Source: an uncultured Prevotella sp.
GTDB taxonomy: Bacteria; Bacteroidota; Bacteroidia; Bacteroidales; Bacteroidaceae
Direction: 5' to 3'
NCBI GenBank assembly: GCA_964386825.1
Contig: CAYLUI010000010.1
Location: 11,797 to 75,796 of the forward strand
Length of the DNA: 64,000 nt
Shown here: positions 1 to 9,590 of the stretch, in pieces
Position numbering within the stretch: the first letter of the stretch is position 1
How the letters are laid out: every line of letters begins with the position of its first letter
Made by a program: the position numbers and the translations under genes
Notes under the pieces: model-generated
Databases searched by the model: none
What the model was told of the DNA's origin: nothing
Seen by the model: only the letters and a program-made list of their open reading frames with translations

Positions 1-105
1 GTGGGCTGCGTTAACATTATTGTCAATCGTGCCATCTTGAGGAGTCCATTTTCTTCTCTGTCATGCGCAAACTTTAGTTTATCAATAATACTTTTTCTAT
101 CCCCC

Positions 106-945
106 TTATCTCCAGCCCATGAACATTTTTGTCACCTCGCCGTCATGGTGATCGAAGAAAAGGCTCTTGCCCGTATCGAGAGTCCGAATGCGGGCCATGT
201 CGCTGGCAGTCAACTCAAAGTCGAGAATGTCAATGTTCTGCGCCATGCGTTCCTTATGAGTTGACTTCGGGATTATGATAACGCCACACTGCAACAACCA
301 GCGCAGGGCAACCTGTGGAATCGTCTTGCCGTACTTTGCGCCAATCTCTCCCAGCAATTCGTTTCGGAAAAAGTCGTTACGCCCTTCGGCCAACGGTCCC
401 CATGACATAATGCGGCAGTCCAACTCATCCATGTATTTCTGCGGAAGCACCTGCTGGTTGAACACATGAGTTTCCACCTGATTCACCATAGGCTTAATCT
501 CCACGTTCGATGCCAAGTCGATGAGATGGTCGGGATAAAAATTGCTCACGCCGATAGCCCTCAGCTTGCCCTCCCTGTAGGCTTCTTCAAGCGCGCGGTA
601 TGCTCCATAACGATCGCAGAACGGCTGGTGCAAAAGCATCAGGTCAACATAATCGGTCTGCAACCTGCGCAGGCTCTCGTCGATGGAAGCCTTCGCACGC
701 TCATAGCCATAGTTGGAAATCCAGACCTTTGTCACCAAGAAAACATCCTTGCGGTCAATGCCACTATTCTTCACGGCATTGCCCACTCCTTCCTCGTTAT
801 GGTAAGCCTGCGCCGTGTCAATCATGCGATAGCCCACCTCCAAGGCATCACTGACACAGCGTTCACACTCCTGCGGCGATACCTGATACACACCGTAACC
901 AATTTGTGGCATCTCAATGCCGTTTGCCAATCTCACAGTCTTCAT
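106..945 (-). CDS. aldo/keto reductase family oxidoreductase
   Basis: 279-aa ATG ORF. AKR blocks are readable in the translation: 'MPQIGYGVYQV', 'IDTAQAYHNEEGVG', 'IGVSNF', 'IIPKSTHKERMAQN'. Confidence 0.9.
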   Translation of the reverse strand: MKTVRLANGIEMPQIGYGVYQVSPQECERCVSDALEVGYRMIDTAQAYHNEEGVGNAVKNSGIDRKDVFLVTKVWISNYGYERAKASIDESLRRLQTDYVDLMLLHQPFCDRYGAYRALEEAYREGKLRAIGVSNFYPDHLIDLASNVEIKPMVNQVETHVFNQQVLPQKYMDELDCRIMSWGPLAEGRNDFFRNELLGEIGAKYGKTIPQVALRWLLQCGVIIIPKSTHKERMAQNIDILDFELTASDMARIRTLDTGKSLFFDHHDGEVTKMFMGWR

Positions 946-1219
946 AGCAGAAATACTTTTACTTGTTTATAGTTTCTTGTTCCCTTGAACACCAAAGCCT
1001 ATCGGACTTCTGCCAGCGACAAGCTCCACGAAGTGCCCAGTCGAAGCCACAGCATTTCTTGCCATAGCCTCATTCTTTATTTACGCTGCAAAAGTACAAC
1101 AATCCGCAGAAACTGTCGTTACACGATTTACGGGGATTTTTACCATTTTTTGAGATTTCATCCATGTTCCGCCTCAACATGCGGAACAGCCATCCATCTG
1201 CTTAGTTTATTTACCCAGG

Positions 1220-1591
1220 TCATCCTGGCAAATATTTTGCCCTGATAGCTTTCGGCAGTTTTGACGCAACAAGGCGGTAAGACTCGCTAACCCACTCCAT
1301 AACCTGCGCATCTTCCAACTTGTCATAACGCACGTCACTCCAATGCTTCTTGTTCCAATGCCAAGCAGGGGTAACAAAGGCGAACCGTTCACGAAGTTCC
1401 TGGTTTCTGTCAGGAGGCAGCTTCAAGGCAATCCTCGGTTCGCCGCCTTTATGTTCCTTCACTCCGCCAAGACACAGGCATGCGAATATTTTTCCTTCCA
1501 GGCGAAAGTTTATGATATCATCGCCAAAAGCCTGATCCTCCGTCACGCCCATAAGCGACAAAATGTATTCTCTCAATTGCTCCACATTCAT
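1220..1591 (-). CDS. MmcQ/YjbR family DNA-binding protein
   Basis: 123-aa ORF. The N-terminus 'MNVEQLREYILSLMGVTEDQAFGDDIINFRLEGKIFA' has the typical YjbR-family layout. Confidence 0.65.
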   Translation of the reverse strand: MNVEQLREYILSLMGVTEDQAFGDDIINFRLEGKIFACLCLGGVKEHKGGEPRIALKLPPDRNQELRERFAFVTPAWHWNKKHWSDVRYDKLEDAQVMEWVSESYRLVASKLPKAIRAKYLPG

Positions 1592-1635
1592 ACTCGAACC
1601 TTATCTGAAAAACACCTTGAAACTTACTTGAAAAA

Positions 1636-2343
1636 CTAAGCCTTACTCCCAGTGGGTTGACCGTTTTGTGGCACGCAATCCATTACGGTGAGCACTCCGT
1701 TTTCATCAACCTTGAAACGTATGTCCCAATCGGCAAATGGCATCCCGTAAACCTTGGAAGCAGAATTATGGTAATGGGGACGTGGGTCAAGCTCAAGCGT
1801 TTTGCGTAGCGCAGACAGCTGCGATGGCGTGAACAGTCCTTGCAGAGCCGCTGGCATCTCCACGCGCAGCTTCACTGTCGGGTTGGTGTCAACAAAGCCA
1901 GAACGTGCGCCAGGATGACAATCGGCATAAGCAATATAAGGTTTTATGTCATATATGGGAGTGCCGTCCATCAAGTCTGCCCCAAGGACATGCAACACCG
2001 GTCCGCAATGCGTTTCCCACTCTATGTGATGAAGGCGAACCGAAGACAATCCCAAAGGGTTGGGACGGAACGGTGAGCGAGTAGCGAACACGCCGACACG
2101 TGTGTTGCCTCCAAGCACGGGTGGCCGCACCACTGGGCTTGCTGAAGCATGGCGATTGGCAGAAAATCCCCATACAAGCCAAAGGTAATCGAACCCCTCC
2201 ATTCCCCTAAGCGCATCGGCATTGCGGTATTGCCCGTCAAAGACGACCTCACCTTGCAACTCTTCCACAAGGCCACTTTGCTTGGGAATGCCAAACTTGG
2301 AGGTGAATGGTGACCGAAAATGGGCTATGGGCGTTATTTCCAT
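1636..2343 (-). CDS. trmO: tRNA (N6-threonylcarbamoyladenosine37-N6)-methyltransferase TrmO (TsaA/YaeB family)
   Basis: 235-aa ORF with TsaA-type blocks 'IAHFRSPFTSKFGIPKQ' and 'TRSPFRPNPLGLSSVRL'. Confidence 0.75.
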   Translation of the reverse strand: MEITPIAHFRSPFTSKFGIPKQSGLVEELQGEVVFDGQYRNADALRGMEGFDYLWLVWGFSANRHASASPVVRPPVLGGNTRVGVFATRSPFRPNPLGLSSVRLHHIEWETHCGPVLHVLGADLMDGTPIYDIKPYIAYADCHPGARSGFVDTNPTVKLRVEMPAALQGLFTPSQLSALRKTLELDPRPHYHNSASKVYGMPFADWDIRFKVDENGVLTVMDCVPQNGQPTGSKA

Positions 2344-2417
2344 TGTAGTTCTTGGACAGGTTCCTTAAAGTGAAAAACATCGGCGAAACATTCTTCGCCA
2401 CAGAATTGTGAAATGCC

Positions 2418-3116
2418 TTAAAATGAGAAGCGCGTGAAAAACGCAAGAACAAGCATCATGGCTGTCAGCATGCCGCATGTTACCGCCGGCGTGTAGAGTT
2501 TTGGGGAATGACAAGCCGGCTTGAACGCCTCGGTTGTCTTTCGCATCGACTTTTGGAAGACGAAGTAAAGTGCGCTGGCATAAAGGAAGCCAATGAGCGT
2601 GCCAAACAGTATGTCGCCAAGGTAATGCACACCAAGGTAAATCCTCGACCAGCACATGAGCAATGCCCACAAGACAAGAACTGTCGAGAGAACACTACGA
2701 CGAAAAACGTAGAACACAAAAAAGGTTGCCCCCCAGCAGTTGGCGGCATGTGACGACGGGAAACCGTAATGCCCCCCACGATAGCCATCAACAATATGCA
2801 CAAGGGCAGATATCGGACTCTCTATATGAGCCGGACGGGGACGACAAAGCATTGGCCTGATGAGCGACGAGGATGTCTGGTCGATAATAGTAATAAGGAC
2901 AACTGAAAATATGAGGCACACAATGTTAACACGCAACGGGAAATTGCGCAACATGACAACAAACAAGCTGACATACAACGGTATCCACACAAAGCGCCCA
3001 CTGTACATCATCATGAAATTGTCGAGGTAGGCACAATGCAGTCCGTTGATAAACAGGGATGCCTGTATGTCCCAGTTGATAAGCGTTTGAAGAATTGTCA
3101 AAATCTGTGTCGGCAT
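2418..3116 (-). CDS. PAP2-family membrane phosphatase (LpxF-like size)
   Basis: 232-aa polytopic protein carrying the three acid-phosphatase motifs 'LCRPRP', 'PSSHAA' and 'SRIYLGVHYLGD'. Confidence 0.8.
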   Translation of the reverse strand: MPTQILTILQTLINWDIQASLFINGLHCAYLDNFMMMYSGRFVWIPLYVSLFVVMLRNFPLRVNIVCLIFSVVLITIIDQTSSSLIRPMLCRPRPAHIESPISALVHIVDGYRGGHYGFPSSHAANCWGATFFVFYVFRRSVLSTVLVLWALLMCWSRIYLGVHYLGDILFGTLIGFLYASALYFVFQKSMRKTTEAFKPACHSPKLYTPAVTCGMLTAMMLVLAFFTRFSF

Positions 3117-3123
3117 TTGCCTT

Positions 3124-5019
3124 TTACTTTTTTGCTATGTCGTCGAATATTACTTGCAGCAGCGCCTGACCATACTTAAGCCACTTGCCGCTTTCTTTTC
3201 CTCTACTAACGACAGTCTTATGCTGTTTATTGTCAAAAATCACCTCATTTTTGTTCGTTTTCACGCCAAAGCCATCGTTCATCATGAAAAGGGCATAATG
3301 CGGGGTAGCAGGGTCAAGCATGTCCTTGCTGAAAGGCATGTCGTTTGGATGCCCGAGTTCCCCATAAAGCGTTGCCGCAATGTCCTGCTGCGAGCCGTAG
3401 GTGTCCACAACCATCGGCTTCTTTATGGCACCGCCAACCCAAATCATTGGGATGTGGAAGCGGCATGACGCAAAGTTGTCCATGTCTTTAGGCCATGCGC
3501 CGAGATGGTCGGGCACGAGGATGACGAGTGTGCGCTCCCAGCGTGGCGACTTCTTCAGGAAGTCCATGAACTGCCCTATGCAGTGATCGGTGTAGGCAAA
3601 GGCATTGAGCACCTTGTCATTAAGGCGGTGGTAGGGCACGTCGAAAGGCTCATGCGAACTGCTTGTCTGTATGACGGTGAACGTTGGCTTCTGCGATTTG
3701 CCGGCGGCAATGTCTTTTTCGGCACGCTGGAAAAGAAGATGGTCGGGCACGCCCCATTTGCTGAGCCTGTCGCTGACGGGAAAATCAATGTCCTCTGTTA
3801 TCTTGCCGAAGCCCTGGTTCACGAGGAACGACCGCATGTTGGTGAAGTCGGCATCTCCGCCATAGTAATAATGTGAGCGTGAGCCATATCCGGAAGAGGC
3901 AAGCCCGGCGGTGATGGAAGCCATCCTGCTTGTCTTGCGCGGATATTTCATCAGGCTCAGCGCGCCTGGCGCAGGGTAACCGAGGAGAATGGAAACAAGC
4001 CCACGATCGGTGCGGAAGCCGTTGGCATAGAAGTTCTTGAAATAAACGCCTTCATCCTTCAGCCTGTTGAGGTTGGGCGTTACGTTGGGCTGCCTTGTCA
4101 GTGTGTCAGAGAAACTTTCCAATATTACGAGGTAAATGTCGGGGACATTCCTTTCGCCATTGACAAGGCAGGTTTCCCTAAGGCTTTCTTTTAAGATTTG
4201 CGACGGCCTTGGTGCGAAGTCCTTATTTCGCTTGCCGTAAATGCCGTTGACTTTTGGCAAGACCTGTTCCGACAGCCTGCGTGCCTCCTTGTCGTCCATG
4301 AAACGGTACATGTTTGCGAAGTCTTCCTGTCGGGTCATGCTCTCCATGAACGAGAACAAAGGGTTCACTGCCGCATGGTTGAATAGCATTACCGGAGAGT
4401 AATAGGCCTTGCCGGTGTTCATGGTCGAGACCGTTACGCCGCCACGAATGGGAAGGAAAAGCATGGCATCGACGAGAAGGAGAGGCAACCATTGTACCTT
4501 GGAGAACGTAACGGCGAAGACATCCTTGCCAAAGCGATTCCAAAGCACGTGAAACGCAAGAAGTATTATGCCCGTCGTCACCCCTACAGCCACGATGCCG
4601 AGCAGGGCTTGCCACCACTCCACGCTTGCCATTGCGGCGGCAGGGGAAGACGTTATGAAGAAAACGGGAGTGGAGTCAAGCGGGAAACTCCAGTAGCCAT
4701 AAAGCGCAAGGTTTGAGACAAACGCCAATGACACGATGACAGCGGCAATGACGAACCACGTCCTGACAATCCACCACAATGCCTTGTCGATGTTCAAATG
4801 GGGCACGGCACTTGCCAAAAGCGCCAGCCCGGGTATCACGGTGAGATAACCCGCCATGGAGAAATCCAATGGCAGGCCATGCCACATCACTTGGAAGATG
4901 TTTGACAGGGGGCTGTCGAAGCCCCCGCAATGGACCATAAAGAAGACGGGCTTCTGTAAAACAAAAAACAGTGTCCACAACAGGAATGTGGACACAAGAA
5001 TCTGTATTTTCTTTCTCAT
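3124..5019 (-). CDS. LTA-synthase/sulfatase-family membrane phosphotransferase
   Basis: An N-terminal multi-TM region is followed by an alkaline-phosphatase-type domain ('IYLVILESFSD', 'FRTDRG', 'TSSSHEPF', 'LVPDHLG'). The start is set at ATG M17 of track ORF 3124..5067, which leaves 29 nt to the upstream stop. Confidence 0.75.
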   Translation of the reverse strand: MRKKIQILVSTFLLWTLFFVLQKPVFFMVHCGGFDSPLSNIFQVMWHGLPLDFSMAGYLTVIPGLALLASAVPHLNIDKALWWIVRTWFVIAAVIVSLAFVSNLALYGYWSFPLDSTPVFFITSSPAAAMASVEWWQALLGIVAVGVTTGIILLAFHVLWNRFGKDVFAVTFSKVQWLPLLLVDAMLFLPIRGGVTVSTMNTGKAYYSPVMLFNHAAVNPLFSFMESMTRQEDFANMYRFMDDKEARRLSEQVLPKVNGIYGKRNKDFAPRPSQILKESLRETCLVNGERNVPDIYLVILESFSDTLTRQPNVTPNLNRLKDEGVYFKNFYANGFRTDRGLVSILLGYPAPGALSLMKYPRKTSRMASITAGLASSGYGSRSHYYYGGDADFTNMRSFLVNQGFGKITEDIDFPVSDRLSKWGVPDHLLFQRAEKDIAAGKSQKPTFTVIQTSSSHEPFDVPYHRLNDKVLNAFAYTDHCIGQFMDFLKKSPRWERTLVILVPDHLGAWPKDMDNFASCRFHIPMIWVGGAIKKPMVVDTYGSQQDIAATLYGELGHPNDMPFSKDMLDPATPHYALFMMNDGFGVKTNKNEVIFDNKQHKTVVSRGKESGKWLKYGQALLQVIFDDIAKK

Positions 5020-5048
5020 AAGGCACACTTGTGAAAAGAAGGCACACA

Positions 5049-5684
5049 CTATGCAAGGCCATTCCACAATGTGGTCTGCCCTTCCTTGGTAAGCTCAAAC
5101 CACGGTTCCTCGTCACGCAGCGAGATGTCGTCATACTCGAAAGGCAACACCACGGTGTCGCTTCCGTCGGGAAGCACAAGCCCCATCTTGCCATCTTTCT
5201 CTGCTATAACAGGCACAGACACGAGATCGTCAACATAAATCAACGGCGTGCGCAAGAAGTCGTATGAGGCACTGAGCATGACGTTCCCCTCATCGTCCCT
5301 GATGCCATACTTGCCATTTTCCTCAAAGACCTCATGGAAACGCATGTACTTTTTCTTCATCCGCTCCTCGTAAAAAGCCATGGTCTTCTCGTCGTCGACC
5401 ATCTTGCTGAAATAGCAAAAACTGTCACAGAAATTGGCCATCGACCTCGCTATGAGCATTTTCCAATCAAGGCTGGAAACAACCTTGCGGTTAAGGTCAA
5501 TGTATTTTGCCATTATCTCTTCGCGTTCGGCAATCGAAAGCTTGGCCATGCGAGCCTCAACCTTTTCCAACATCGTAATTGAGCCTCTCGCCTTGATATA
5601 GCGGTGAATCTGGCGCCCCATCTCATCGCAGAAGAACTTATCAATCTGCCTAACTTCTATTTCGTCTCTGAATATTCCTTCCAT
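5049..5684 (-). CDS. hypothetical protein with C-terminal WG-type repeats
   Basis: 211-aa ATG ORF. The C-terminal repeats 'NGKYGIRDDEGNVMLSASYDFL' and 'KDGKMGLVLPDGSDTVVLPFEYDDI' resemble WG/KWG repeats. Confidence 0.45.
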   Translation of the reverse strand: MEGIFRDEIEVRQIDKFFCDEMGRQIHRYIKARGSITMLEKVEARMAKLSIAEREEIMAKYIDLNRKVVSSLDWKMLIARSMANFCDSFCYFSKMVDDEKTMAFYEERMKKKYMRFHEVFEENGKYGIRDDEGNVMLSASYDFLRTPLIYVDDLVSVPVIAEKDGKMGLVLPDGSDTVVLPFEYDDISLRDEEPWFELTKEGQTTLWNGLA

Positions 5685-5728
5685 AATTGTACAAGTCGTT
5701 AGATTTAGGGGTTAAAGTATTAATAATG

Positions 5729-5736
5729 CAAATTTA
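5729..5736 (-). promoter_or_regulatory. candidate Bacteroidota -7 box (TAAATTTG on minus strand)
   Basis: Plus-strand CAAATTTA is the reverse complement of the TAnnTTTG consensus. It lies 45 nt upstream of the ATG at 5684. Confidence 0.3.
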
Positions 5737-5828
5737 CAAACTTTGCTTCTCTTCACCAAACTTTTTCCTCTTTTTTCTTTTTGCACTTCCACATGCGGAA
5801 GAAACGGGAGCGGCGTGTGGCATGGCGT

Positions 5829-8549
5829 TCAGAAATCGACCACGGTTATGCCCGCCCCACCAAACCTCACATCCTCATCGCGGAATGCCGTCACCGTTGG
5901 CTCTGACGCAAGGTACTGGCGCACGAGTTGCCTCAGTATGCCATTGCCCTTGCCATGGAGGATCCTGACACGCTGGGAACCCATGAGCACCGCGTCGTCA
6001 ACGAAATAGCGCACGGCCTGCAAAGCCTCATCGCCACGCATCCCACGCACGTCAAGGTCTTGGTGGAAGTTTTTCCGATGCCGGTCTATCGTGTCCTGCG
6101 TCATGTGGCTTATGTTGTAAGCCTGCAATCCCTCCTTTATCGCATCCTGTTTGCTCTTTTGTCGCACTGCCTTTGCGGCTTCATCGTCCATGCAATGCGC
6201 TGCATCCACGGCATGTTCCAAGCGGCTCAATGGCACCTTGGTGCGCATGCCACCAACAAGCAGCGTGGCGTTATTGCCCGAAATCTGCTCAACGGTTCCT
6301 TTCGAGCGCAAGCCTTTGAGCCGCACTTCGTCGCCAACGGCGATAGGTCGGTTTGGCTGGTGGGATGCCTTCGCCGCCGCATCGCGCAATGCCGAAGCCG
6401 CACGCTCCTCATCGCTCTTTTTCTTGCTGCGACGCTCTTCATGGCGGCGCTTGCGCGCCTGTATCTGCTCAACCTTCTTCTGGAACTCGTCATCGGAAAG
6501 ATAGCCTGAGGCCTTGCGCCCCTCTTTCCCCCAAGTGCCCTCCTCTACCTCCTGCTTGAAGTTGTCCAATTCGGCACGTATCTTGCGCGTTTCCTCCTTC
6601 TCAGCCTGCCGCTCGCGTATTTCCCTTATGGCATTCTCAATGCGGCGGTTACCTTCTTTTAGCAAGTCCTCAGCCTCTTGTCGCGCCCTGTTGATGACAT
6701 CCTTGCGCGCCCGCTCAACGTCGGACACCTCGTTCTCATATTGGGCAATGCGCTTCTGCAAGTCCTTTTCCTTTTGGTGTATTACCTGGCGCTTTTGCTC
6801 CCAATAACGCTTGTCGCGAACAATGTCTTGCAGGTATTTGTCACTTTGGATGTAATCGGAGCCAACTATCTCGGAAGCCTCGGCGATGACCGCCTCCGGC
6901 AAACCTATCTTCCTGGCAATCTCAATGGCAAAGCTGCTGCCCGGGCGGCCAATGGCAAGCTGAAACAGGGGGCGCATCTCATGCCTGTCATAAAGCATGG
7001 CTCCATTTGCCACGCCATCATGGGAATCCGCAAAATGCTTGAGGTTTTGATAATGGGTGGTGATTACGGCCCATGCGCCTCGTTTGCAAAACTGCCCAAG
7101 TACGCTTTCGGCTATCGCCCCACCTATCTGCGGCTCGGTGCCAGTGCCAAACTCGTCGATCAATATCAAGGTTTTCGACGACGCCTGCCGCATCATGTTT
7201 TTCATGTTGAGAAGATGCGAGGAATAAGTGGAGAGGTCATTCTCAAGGCTCTGCTCGTCGCCAATGTCAATCATTATGTCTTGGAAAACACCGCATTTGC
7301 TACGTGGATCAATCGGAATGGCAAGACCACACTGCAGCATGTATTGCAGCAAGCCCGTGGTCTTAAGGCAAACAGACTTTCCTCCGGCATTGGGACCGGA
7401 TATTATAAGGATGTGCTTTTCCTGGGTGAGCATTATGCCAAGCGGAACTATGGTCCTGGGAACATCGTTGCCAACACCACCCTCATCTCCATCCGCCAAG
7501 CCATTGCCGCCGTTGGGCAAGCTTGACAAAGCAAGGTGTTTCTCCAACAGCGGATGCCTTGCCCTTATCCAGTCAACATAAGGATGGTCGGCGACGGCAG
7601 GCTCAATGGCATCCATGTCCTTCGCCAACTTGGCTTTCGCCTGTATAAAGTCAATCTGGGCCAGGAAATGGTAAGAGTCCAAAATCTCACGCACATGCGG
7701 ACGGATGCGCTCCGCCATCTTTGTAAGTATGCGTATAATCTCTTGCCTTTCGTCGGCTTCAAGTTCCCGAATCTTGTTGTTAGCCTCAACCACCTCTGTC
7801 GGCTCAACGTAAACGGTTCGTCCCGTGGCACTCTCGTCGTGCACGATACCGGAGATTTTCCGTTTCAAGCCCGGAGCCACAGGTATGACCAGACGACCGT
7901 CACGCATTGCCGGAGCCACATCCTTGTCAACAATGCCCTCGCTCTGCGCAGAACGCAAAATATTGTTCAGGATTCGTGACACGGAAGATGACATGCGCGC
8001 CATCTCACGTCGTATATTCAGCAATTCAGGCGAAGCATTGTCGCGTATCTTGCCAAACTTGTCGATTATCTGATCTATTTGCTGTATGATAACAGGAAAC
8101 GTGGCTATGCCATCAGCAAGATTGTGAAGAGCAGGGTAATGCCATTTCCTCATCACCACCTCTCCAACGTAATCTTCGCTTTCCGCCATGGTCGCGCCAT
8201 TGTCCTCAATGTCGTCTCCCCTATACAGAAAAGCCACAAGGTCTGCTATGGTCTTCAATGAGCGACGAAGATCAAACAGCTCATCGGCATCAAGCCACGT
8301 GTTCTGCAAACGCACACGCTTTAGGCTGTCGCGCACGTCATAAAAATTGTCGAGCGGAAAATCCTCACCCTCCTCTATGCGCCGCATTTCGCCCAGTTCT
8401 TCAAGCCACGTGCTTATCTCGCCACTGTCAGCCGAGAAGCCCATCTCCCTCACAAGGCTTGCTCCCAATGTGGAAAGACACCTGTTTGTCAGCATGTCGC
8501 GTATCTCGCCGAAGCCCAATTTCGCTTCAAGATTTTTGGGATATATCAT
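5829..8549 (-). CDS. mutS2: endonuclease MutS2 (MutS domain V plus Smr)
   Basis: Walker A 'GPNAGGKS', a Lys/Glu-rich coiled-coil linker and a C-terminal Smr domain ('LDVRGMRGDEAL', 'ILHGKGNGILR'). The canonical N-terminus 'MIYPKNLEAKLGF' is ATG M22 of track ORF 5829..8612. Confidence 0.9.
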   Translation of the reverse strand: MIYPKNLEAKLGFGEIRDMLTNRCLSTLGASLVREMGFSADSGEISTWLEELGEMRRIEEGEDFPLDNFYDVRDSLKRVRLQNTWLDADELFDLRRSLKTIADLVAFLYRGDDIEDNGATMAESEDYVGEVVMRKWHYPALHNLADGIATFPVIIQQIDQIIDKFGKIRDNASPELLNIRREMARMSSSVSRILNNILRSAQSEGIVDKDVAPAMRDGRLVIPVAPGLKRKISGIVHDESATGRTVYVEPTEVVEANNKIRELEADERQEIIRILTKMAERIRPHVREILDSYHFLAQIDFIQAKAKLAKDMDAIEPAVADHPYVDWIRARHPLLEKHLALSSLPNGGNGLADGDEGGVGNDVPRTIVPLGIMLTQEKHILIISGPNAGGKSVCLKTTGLLQYMLQCGLAIPIDPRSKCGVFQDIMIDIGDEQSLENDLSTYSSHLLNMKNMMRQASSKTLILIDEFGTGTEPQIGGAIAESVLGQFCKRGAWAVITTHYQNLKHFADSHDGVANGAMLYDRHEMRPLFQLAIGRPGSSFAIEIARKIGLPEAVIAEASEIVGSDYIQSDKYLQDIVRDKRYWEQKRQVIHQKEKDLQKRIAQYENEVSDVERARKDVINRARQEAEDLLKEGNRRIENAIREIRERQAEKEETRKIRAELDNFKQEVEEGTWGKEGRKASGYLSDDEFQKKVEQIQARKRRHEERRSKKKSDEERAASALRDAAAKASHQPNRPIAVGDEVRLKGLRSKGTVEQISGNNATLLVGGMRTKVPLSRLEHAVDAAHCMDDEAAKAVRQKSKQDAIKEGLQAYNISHMTQDTIDRHRKNFHQDLDVRGMRGDEALQAVRYFVDDAVLMGSQRVRILHGKGNGILRQLVRQYLASEPTVTAFRDEDVRFGGAGITVVDF

Positions 8550-8697
8550 CAGTTCCTGTAACCTTATTCTTTGCTTATTCTCTTCTTCAAGTACAAAATT
8601 AGTTATTTTCACCCAGTTTTACCCTTTTGTTATGTTAATAATTGCTAACAAAGTTCATTTTTCACGTTTAAAATTTTCCGTTTCAAACTATTTTGCT

Positions 8698-8705
8698 TAA
8701 CTTTG
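8698..8705 (+). promoter_or_regulatory. candidate -7 box TAACTTTG upstream of tRNA-Ser
   Basis: Exact TAnnTTTG match about 110 nt upstream of the tRNA 5' end. No clean -33 TTTG was seen. Confidence 0.3.
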
Positions 8706-8721
8706 CACTCGCTTTCAGAAA

Positions 8722-8796
8722 GGCATTTGCCACAAGTCTTGAAAGAGGCTTTGGCACAAACCTTAAAGAGAGTTGGCACAAGCAAGTCACAAGAAC
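8722..8796 (+). repeat. about 2.5 copies of a 23-25-nt tandem repeat in the tRNA-Ser leader
   Basis: The units are r1 'ggcatttgccacaagtcttgaaagag', r2 'ggctttggcacaaaccttaaagagag' and r3 'ttggcacaagcaagtcacaagaac'. The shared core is TTGSCACAA. Confidence 0.6.
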
Positions 8797-8815
8797 TTCG
8801 CTTCTACCATTTTTT

Positions 8816-8900
8816 GGAGAGATGGTAGAGTGGTCGATTACAACGGTCTTGAAAACCGTCGTACCGAGAGGTACCGGGGGTTCGAATCCCTCTCTCTCCG
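8816..8900 (+). tRNA. tRNA-Ser (anticodon UGA)
   Basis: An 85-nt cloverleaf folded by hand. The acceptor stem is GGAGAGA/TCTCTCC. The anticodon stem is ACGGT/ACCGT with loop CTTGAAA. The long variable arm is GTACC-GAGA-GGTAC. The T arm is GGGGG-TTCGAAT-CCCTC. No CCA is encoded. Confidence 0.9.
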
Positions 8901-8904
8901 CTAA

Positions 8905-8948
8905 AATCAGCGTAACGAGTTGCGAAACAACAAGTTACGCTGATTTTT
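8905..8948 (+). terminator. rho-independent terminator after tRNA-Ser
   Basis: 12-bp stem 'aatcagcgtaac'/'gttacgctgatt' followed by TTTTT. Confidence 0.55.
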
Positions 8949-9045
8949 CGTTTAATGGTGCGCCAAATCTGCGCCATTTTTCGTTAAGTTGTCTAACGAA
9001 CGTCTTTCATCCACTGAAGAGGTGGCTCTAAAAGATGTTAAAAAA

Positions 9046-9590
9046 ATGTGCTCAAAATTTTGTAACGGTAATGCATCAGAACTTGTGGGCTACACACCTC
9101 CCACTCTTCACAAAGGTGTGCGCTGGTTCGTTGACTTCTCCGCCATCGACCCGGCTCGTGGCTTGATGCGCCGCAAGCGTTATTACATCAACGACAAACT
9201 TTCTATTTCTGCCAAGAAGCGTAGGGCAAATGAGATTATGGAGGTGCTCACCAAGCAACTCTCGCAAGGCTGGAACCCTTGGGTAAGAGCCGATGAGAGC
9301 CGTGGCTTTGTTGCTTTTGACAAGTGCTTAGAACGCTACGAGGACTACATTGACCGCATGGACAGAAAGAAAACACGCCAGAGTTATCACTCACGAGTTA
9401 ATATACTGCGAGAGTTTATCGCCTCACAGACCGTCGCCATCAAGTATGCCTATCAATTTGACATCACTTTCTGTACCGATTTCATTGATTGGATATTCCT
9501 TGATCGCGAGAGTTCCGTGCGAACAAGGAACAACTATCGTGGCTGGCTCTATGGCTTTGCCGAGTTCTTGGTGGCAAGAAAGTACCCCCC
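9046..9590 (+). pseudogene. tyrosine recombinase/integrase, N-terminal fragment interrupted by an IS
   Basis: The Arm-binding plus core-binding part of a Bacteroidota integrase is present ('GVRWFVDFSAIDPARGLMRRKRYYI', 'TRQSYHSRVNILREFI', 'RTRNNYRGWLYGFAEFLVARKY'). No catalytic R-H-R-Y domain follows. The frame runs into the IS end at 9591, and the track ORF tail 'PPDRPRTAFGRESQCAEPQ' is IS-derived. Confidence 0.7.

Noticed and set aside
1-264. GTG-initiated 87-aa ORF at the left edge. The 985..1245 ORF in the AKR/YjbR intergenic gap is similar.
   Set aside because: It overlaps the 3' end of the AKR gene on the other strand. It has no motifs and a non-ATG start, so it is not supported.
1164-1189. 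8-bp hairpin 'tgttccgc/gcggaaca' downstream of the YjbR-like gene. A 5-bp palindrome occurs near 5790.
   Set aside because: The stems are short and no U-tract follows, so the evidence is not strong enough to call terminators.
6678-7526. 282-aa plus-strand ORF, and other long ORFs at 5928..6509 and 7536..7979, lying antisense within mutS2.
   Set aside because: They are fully embedded opposite a gene with unambiguous MutS2 motifs. The translations are low-complexity (Leu/Arg/Ala-rich) with no recognisable domain. This is a typical shadow ORF of a GC-richer gene.
8727-8790. The TTGGCACA cores of the tRNA-leader repeats looked like sigma-54 -24 elements (TGGCAC).
   Set aside because: None of the three copies has the required GC (TTGC) 10 nt downstream of the GG. 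The downstream bases are TTGA, TTAA and AGTC.
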